Source of the DNA: Bacteroidia bacterium
GTDB lineage: Bacteria; Bacteroidota; Bacteroidia; Bacteroidales; VadinHA17
Length of the DNA stretch: 64,000 nt
Direction of reading: 5' to 3'
Assembly (NCBI GenBank): GCA_026391475.1
Contig: JAPLED010000129.1
Coordinates: forward strand, 95,902 to 159,901
In this document: piece after piece, positions 59,565-64,000 of the stretch
Layout of the letters: every line of letters starts with the position of its first letter
Position numbering within the stretch: position 1 is the stretch's first letter
Notes under the pieces: model-generated
The model's database searches: none
Seen by the model: only the letters and a program-made list of their open reading frames with translations
Told to the model about the DNA's origin: nothing
Translations under genes and position numbers: made by a program

Positions 59565-59635
59565 AGGTCGGTGGCGGATTCGAACCGCCGTAAACGGTTT
59601 TGCAGACCGCTACCTAGCCACTCGGTTAACCGACC
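59565..59635 (-). tRNA. tRNA-Cys (GCA)
   Basis: 71-nt cloverleaf folded by hand. Acceptor ggtcggt/accgacc, anticodon loop ctGCAaa, T-arm ggcgg-ttcgaat-ccgcc, discriminator U. Confidence 0.88.
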
Positions 59636-59710
59636 ATGTGCACCAAAGCTTTAGCGAAGGTGTAACATTAGTTTGGAGTGCAAAAATAATAAAATTTGTT
59701 TAAAAACAAG

Positions 59711-60061
59711 TCACCGGCTTATAACCACACTAACCGACCCTATCTTCCCTCCCATGGGCGGATTCATCTTCGAAACCTTAACAGTAACCTTCTTTATCCC
59801 TCCCATTTCGGAATATATTGCATCAAGAATACGACCGGCAATATGTTCGAGCAAATGCGATTTCATTTCCATCTGCAGTTTAACTATCTCATATATCCTC
59901 TGGTAATTAACAGCATCTTTAAGATTATCACTCGCCTGCGGCACTTTCATATCTGTTTCAATAGTAAGATCTACGAGAAACTTGTTACCTACAATACGCT
60001 CTTCCTTGAAATGGCCATGAAAAGAGTAAAACTCCATATTCTCGATCTGAATAAGACCCAT
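59711..60061 (-). CDS. folB: dihydroneopterin aldolase
   Basis: 116 aa. IENMEFYSFHGHFKEERIVGNKFLVD typical FolB N-terminus. Confidence 0.85.
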   Translation of the reverse strand: MGLIQIENMEFYSFHGHFKEERIVGNKFLVDLTIETDMKVPQASDNLKDAVNYQRIYEIVKLQMEMKSHLLEHIAGRILDAIYSEMGGIKKVTVKVSKMNPPMGGKIGSVSVVISR

Positions 60062-60160
60062 AAAAAATTATTTTAATGCAACATTTTAATTAATTCCTGA
60101 TACACTCTGATCTACCTCATTCTGATAAAAAATGAGCAACAGAAACGATAAACAACAACC

Positions 60161-60253
60161 ATTCTGGGCTAAAGCCCTGTTTTTCAGGACTTTTAATAAC
60201 CCCGAACTTAAGTCCGGGGTTATTGATAATGAGCCGTTTGCGGACTTTAGTCC
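60161..60253. repeat. structured intergenic element with a 10-bp stem and three GGACTT/AAGTCC motifs
   Basis: gggc-taaa-gccc (60166-60177). aataaccccg/cggggttatt 10-bp stem (60195-60204 / 60215-60224). ggactt at 60187 and 60242, aagtcc at 60210. Confidence 0.6.
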
Positions 60254-60364
60254 AAAAATCAATAAAAAATATTTCTTTAATTATTTGGTTTATATTATAA
60301 ACTACTTTATATTTGTAATATATTTACATTCATTATTACATTAAACATAAAAGTAAACATTATT

Positions 60365-60952
60365 ATGGAAAACGAGGAAAAAATGATGACGGGCGAAGAA
60401 AGTCTGAGAATCATAACAGAAATGATCAACAAAACAAAAGTTAACATCCGCCAGGGCATTTTTCACCTGCTCTTCTGGGGCTGGCTGATATTTGCAATCA
60501 GCCTTGCAGAATACCTTCTCCTTAAATTTACCGATTTCAAACATCCTTATTATGTATGGATGCTTGTGATTCCCGGTGTATTTGTTTCGATGATCTACGG
60601 ATTTGTAAACGGTCGAAAAGCAAAGGTCCATACCTATGCCGATATGATATATATGTGGACATGGTTGGGTTTTATTATAGCTGCAACAGTACTTTTCATT
60701 GTACACGCGAAAAGTATGGAAACTGTTGCTTCATATATCATGTTACTGGCAGGATTCCCTACATTTGTTTCGGGATTCATCCTCAAATTCAGGCCACTAA
60801 TTGCCGGAGGGATTTGTTTTTGGATCTTTGCCCTGGTTGTACATTTTGCAGGGCCTTCCCTTGCTCCTCTGGGAGTACCGGTAGCAATGCTAACAGGTTA
60901 TCTTATTCCCGGTTATCTGTTAAAAAACAAAGTTGATCATGACAAGGTTTAA
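60365..60952 (+). CDS. membrane protein of unknown function, paired with a wHTH regulator
   Basis: 195 aa. Five or six TM helices after a short cytoplasmic helix. Confidence 0.6.
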   Translation: MENEEKMMTGEESLRIITEMINKTKVNIRQGIFHLLFWGWLIFAISLAEYLLLKFTDFKHPYYVWMLVIPGVFVSMIYGFVNGRKAKVHTYADMIYMWTWLGFIIAATVLFIVHAKSMETVASYIMLLAGFPTFVSGFILKFRPLIAGGICFWIFALVVHFAGPSLAPLGVPVAMLTGYLIPGYLLKNKVDHDKV

Positions 60953-61235
60953 AGAACTCGATCCCATCTTGCATTCGCAGTTGCGCCTGGCAGTAATATC
61001 TCTGCTTGTCGGAACTGAAGTGGCCGAGTTCACTTACATAAGGGAACAGACGGGGTCAACTGCAGGAAACCTCAGTATCCAGATAACAAAACTTAAAGAG
61101 GCCGGATATATCGAGGTTACAAAAAAATTCAGAAACAACTATCCGCAAACCCTCTGCAATATTACTCCCCTCGGTAAGCAAAAATTTACCGAATACGTTA
61201 AAGCTCTTAAAGATTATTTGAATCCCGAAAAGTAG
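60933..61235 (+). CDS. winged-helix transcriptional regulator (HTH_34 / ArsR-PadR-like)
   Basis: 100 aa. LDPILHSQLRLAVISLL...STAGNLSIQITKLKEAGYIEV. Overlaps the upstream gene by 20 nt. Confidence 0.7.
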   Translation: MIMTRFKELDPILHSQLRLAVISLLVGTEVAEFTYIREQTGSTAGNLSIQITKLKEAGYIEVTKKFRNNYPQTLCNITPLGKQKFTEYVKALKDYLNPEK

Positions 61236-61283
61236 TTCGGAAAAAATTCAATCCAATTTAGATGTATGGTCTCAAATTCATCC

Positions 61284-61291
61284 TATTTTTG
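61284..61291 (+). promoter_or_regulatory. TAnnTTTG -7 box upstream of glnS
   Basis: tatttttg, 22 nt upstream of the ATG. Confidence 0.45.
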
Positions 61292-61312
61292 TAATCTTAA
61301 AAATTATCCGGG

Positions 61313-63016
61313 ATGAGTGACGATAACATGAGGAAAAAAGAAGAATCAAAACCCTCAATAAGTTTCATTGAACAGTTTATTGCCGAAGATTTAAAAGATG
61401 GTAAGAATGGGGGAAAGGTAATAACACGTTTCCCCCCGGAACCCAATGGTTATCTGCATATCGGTCATGCAAAAGCTATCTGCCTCGATTTTGGCATGGC
61501 AAAGAAATATGGTGGAAAATGTAATCTTCGCTTTGACGATACCAACCCTGTTAAGGAGGAGGTTGAATATATCGACTCAATAAAAGAGGATATTCATTGG
61601 CTGGGATTCGACTGGGAAGAGAGGGAATTTTATGCCTCTGACTATTTTGGTAAACTGTACAATTTTGCCACCGATCTTATAAAAAGAGACCTCGCTTATG
61701 TTGATGATCAGCCTGCCGACCTGATATCTTCTCAGAAAGGAACGCCTTCCCAACCAGGAACAGAAAGCCCATTCCGCAAACGTCAGATTAACGAAAATCT
61801 TGACCTCTTCGAAAGAATGAATAAAGGAGAATTTGATGAAGGAAGACGTGTGCTGAGGGCTAAAATTGATATGCCTTCTCCCAACATGCATTTGCGCGAT
61901 CCGATCATTTACAGAATAATAAAGTCGCCTCATCACCGGACAGGTAGCAAATGGATGGTATATCCGATGTACGATTTTGCACACGGGCAGAGCGATTATT
62001 TTGAAGGAATAACTCACTCACTTTGTACTCTCGAGTTTGAAGTGCATCGTCCTCTGTACGATTGGTTTATTGAACAATTGAAAACAGATGATTACAGACC
62101 CCGACAGATCGAATTTAACCGACTAAATCTTACCTATACAATGATGAGTAAGAGGAAGTTGCTCGAATTGGTACAGGAGGGGAAAGTAAAAGGATGGGAT
62201 GATCCGAGGATGCCTACACTCTGTGGCCTCAGGAGAAGAGGATACACACCTGAGTCAATAAAAAGATTTATTGATCTTATCGGGTACACTAAAGTCGAAG
62301 CTACAAACGATGTTTCACTTCTTGAACATGCCATTCGTGAAGATCTTAATTTAAGAACCCCAAGGGTCTTTGGTGTATTAAACCCACTGAAAGTCATTAT
62401 AAAAAACTATCCTGAAGGCCATGTTGAGAATGTTGAGCTTATCAATAACCCTGAAGATGAAAGTATGGGCAAAAGGTTTGTTCCATTCAGCCGCGAAGTT
62501 TACATTGAGCAGGATGATTTTATGGAGACACCTCCGAATAAGTTTTTCCGACTGGCACCCGGTATGGAAGTTCGCCTGAAAGGCGCATATATCATTAAAT
62601 GTGACGGCTTTAAGAAGAATGAAAAGACCGGTGCAATCGAAGAGGTTTATTGCACCTACGATGCAAATACCAGAAGTGGCGGAAACACATCAGTTAAAAA
62701 AGTTAAAGGGACACTTCACTGGGTGTCGGCACAGCATGCTATTGATGCAGAAGTAAGGCTGTACGACAGGTTGTTCAATCATGAAGATCCGGCCGGACAG
62801 AAAGATGATGATTACCGGAAATTTCTGAATTCCGATTCATTAATAATACTTACAGGATGCAAGGTTGAACCTTCATTAAGATCAGCCAGACCACTTGAAA
62901 AATTTCAATTTCAGCGATTGGGTTATTTTTGCGTAGATTATGATTCAACATCGCTGAAGCCTGTATTTAACAGGACTGTTCAGCTAAAAGACTCATGGGT
63001 AAAGGTTAACAAGTGA
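61313..63016 (+). CDS. glnS: glutamine--tRNA ligase
   Basis: 567 aa. HIGH motif ([12 protein letters not shown]), MSK motif (TMMSKRK), C-terminal anticodon-binding beta-barrels. Confidence 0.92.
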   Translation: MSDDNMRKKEESKPSISFIEQFIAEDLKDGKNGGKVITRFPPEPNGYLHIGHAKAICLDFGMAKKYGGKCNLRFDDTNPVKEEVEYIDSIKEDIHWLGFDWEEREFYASDYFGKLYNFATDLIKRDLAYVDDQPADLISSQKGTPSQPGTESPFRKRQINENLDLFERMNKGEFDEGRRVLRAKIDMPSPNMHLRDPIIYRIIKSPHHRTGSKWMVYPMYDFAHGQSDYFEGITHSLCTLEFEVHRPLYDWFIEQLKTDDYRPRQIEFNRLNLTYTMMSKRKLLELVQEGKVKGWDDPRMPTLCGLRRRGYTPESIKRFIDLIGYTKVEATNDVSLLEHAIREDLNLRTPRVFGVLNPLKVIIKNYPEGHVENVELINNPEDESMGKRFVPFSREVYIEQDDFMETPPNKFFRLAPGMEVRLKGAYIIKCDGFKKNEKTGAIEEVYCTYDANTRSGGNTSVKKVKGTLHWVSAQHAIDAEVRLYDRLFNHEDPAGQKDDDYRKFLNSDSLIILTGCKVEPSLRSARPLEKFQFQRLGYFCVDYDSTSLKPVFNRTVQLKDSWVKVNK

Positions 63017-63108
63017 TACTGGGTACTTGGTTCTGGATTCTGGTTCCTTGGTTGTTGGTCGATGTTTTCTGGAATTAAAAAATATAACCAGCACCCAGTA
63101 CCCGGCAC
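63017..63108 (+). repeat. 7-nt-periodic repeat (TNCTGG-type x8) with inverted CCAGNAC-type units
   Basis: tactggg tacttgg ttctgga ttctggt tccttgg ttgttgg tcgatgt tttctgg - aattaaaaaatataa - ccagcac ccagtac ccggcac. Confidence 0.8.
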
Positions 63109-63185
63109 CACATATAAAAGAAAAGGGGTTCACGGGTATTATGCAACGAAAATAAACGGGAAACCCATTATTTCAGGATTTTATA

Positions 63186-63193
63186 TATATTTG
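63186..63193 (+). promoter_or_regulatory. TAnnTTTG -7 box upstream of tRNA-Gln
   Basis: tatatttg, 13 nt upstream of the tRNA 5' end. Confidence 0.5.
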
Positions 63194-63205
63194 CAACCTC
63201 AAATT

Positions 63206-63281
63206 TGTCCCGTGGTGTAATTGGCAACACGTCTGATTCTGGATCAGAAGAGTTCAGGTTCGAAACCTGACGGGACAACCA
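63206..63281 (+). tRNA. tRNA-Gln (CTG), CCA encoded
   Basis: 76-nt cloverleaf folded by hand. U1-A72 acceptor pair (tgtcccg/cgggaca), anticodon loop ttCTGga, T-arm tcagg-ttcgaaa-cctga. Confidence 0.88.
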
Positions 63282-63288
63282 GATAATC

Positions 63289-63322
63289 AATCACTTACAG
63301 TTTATTTTGTAGGTGATTTTTT
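63289..63322 (+). terminator. rho-independent terminator after tRNA-Gln
   Basis: 10-bp stem aatcacttac/gtaggtgatt (one G-U pair) followed by T6. Confidence 0.65.
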
Positions 63323-63625
63323 ATTTCTTGCCAGGTTCTTGCTAGGTTTTGGATAAAATTTTATGAATAATCTTGAAAGATTATTCAATGGTCGGTGGGA
63401 GTTGACACCATTCTTATCTCAATCCGAAGCAAAGACTAATATTCGGTCTCCCTACTATCAAAAAACAGGGAGATTAAACTAAACTGATTTTATTTATTTG
63501 TCCTACCATTTATGGGGCTAATACACGACAGACAATAACACAAGTCAAATTAATTTTAAAATATAAATCCAACCACGAAAGATTAACTCAGATGGATGAT
63601 TGAGATAGCATACCAGAACACCTTT

Positions 63626-64000
63626 TTACTGACCAAGGTAATATTGTGCCATCATATCTTTCACTGCGTTGTATTCAAAGGTTAAACCTCTCTTTTTAAC
63701 AGGAGAGGATAATGTCGGATCATTTTTTTCATTATCATCAAAGAAAACCCATCTCCAGAAGCAACCTCCCGCCACACCGTACCTTTTTATCAATTTAATA
63801 TGGGTTTCGAATGCCTTTTCTGTCGTCCAGTTGGGATCATTTTTACTTAATCCCATTTCCACTGCAACTACCCTGGAATTTTTTCTTCCAGTAATTTTAA
63901 AAACATTTTTCCAGGTTTCTTCTGCCCAAACAGCCGGATCAGCATCCACACAAGGAATATTACCCGGGTTCTCGCATTTCCGTTGCAGATAAAACGAGAT
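63626..64000 (-). CDS. C-terminal part of a protein of unknown function, possibly a glycoside hydrolase (5' end beyond window)
   Basis: The frame of ORF 63626..63949 stays open to the window edge. Trp/Phe-rich sequence; the family cannot be assigned. Confidence 0.4.
   Translation of the reverse strand: MSFYLQRKCENPGNIPCVDADPAVWAEETWKNVFKITGRKNSRVVAVEMGLSKNDPNWTTEKAFETHIKLIKRYGVAGGCFWRWVFFDDNEKNDPTLSSPVKKRGLTFEYNAVKDMMAQYYLGQ

Overview
The window looks like a chromosomal core region of an AT-rich Bacteroidota genome. Evidence for the phylum: TAnnTTTG -7 promoter boxes, a T9SS C-terminal sorting domain, an S46 peptidase, a TamB plus lipoprotein-type TamA pair, and no Shine-Dalgarno usage. About 50 protein genes and 2 tRNAs can be supported, almost all housekeeping:
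- mutL, dnaE, rpsP-rimM, trxA, ribD, prmC, recX, prfB, rnhA, rnhB, glnS, folB, tsaC and hppA
- methylmalonyl-CoA mutase
- a few secreted hydrolases (GH5-T9SS, GH20-like, M1, S46)

I found no CRISPR array, no intact mobile element and no recognisable defence or toxin system. I cannot point to a convincing new multi-gene system. What the annotated genes do not explain is mostly non-coding:
1. Three loci carry strictly 7-nt-periodic imperfect repeats: GNNAAAA at 479-692, GAAG-NNN at 19566-19628 and a CTGG/TTGG type at 63017-63108. Two of them fold as long interrupted hairpins. One is duplicated around a GC-rich insert together with a decayed copy of a gene start.
2. Several GC-rich multi-hairpin islands sit in AT-rich intergenic DNA. 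The most notable is a five-hairpin block with a closing helix at 31443-31622.
3. An orphan tetrahaem cytochrome c / Tat-FeS / NrfD module has no catalytic subunit and is tightly followed by a DUF2339 membrane protein.
4. Two genes are damaged. prfB has the canonical +1 frameshift site plus two extra single-base frame breaks. An ABC-2 permease is broken by an apparent microhomology deletion.
5. A decayed integration scar (recombinase-like C-terminal fragment plus a tRNA-Leu 3' half) lies next to tRNA-Cys.

All functional calls rest on motif and family recognition by eye. No database search was possible.
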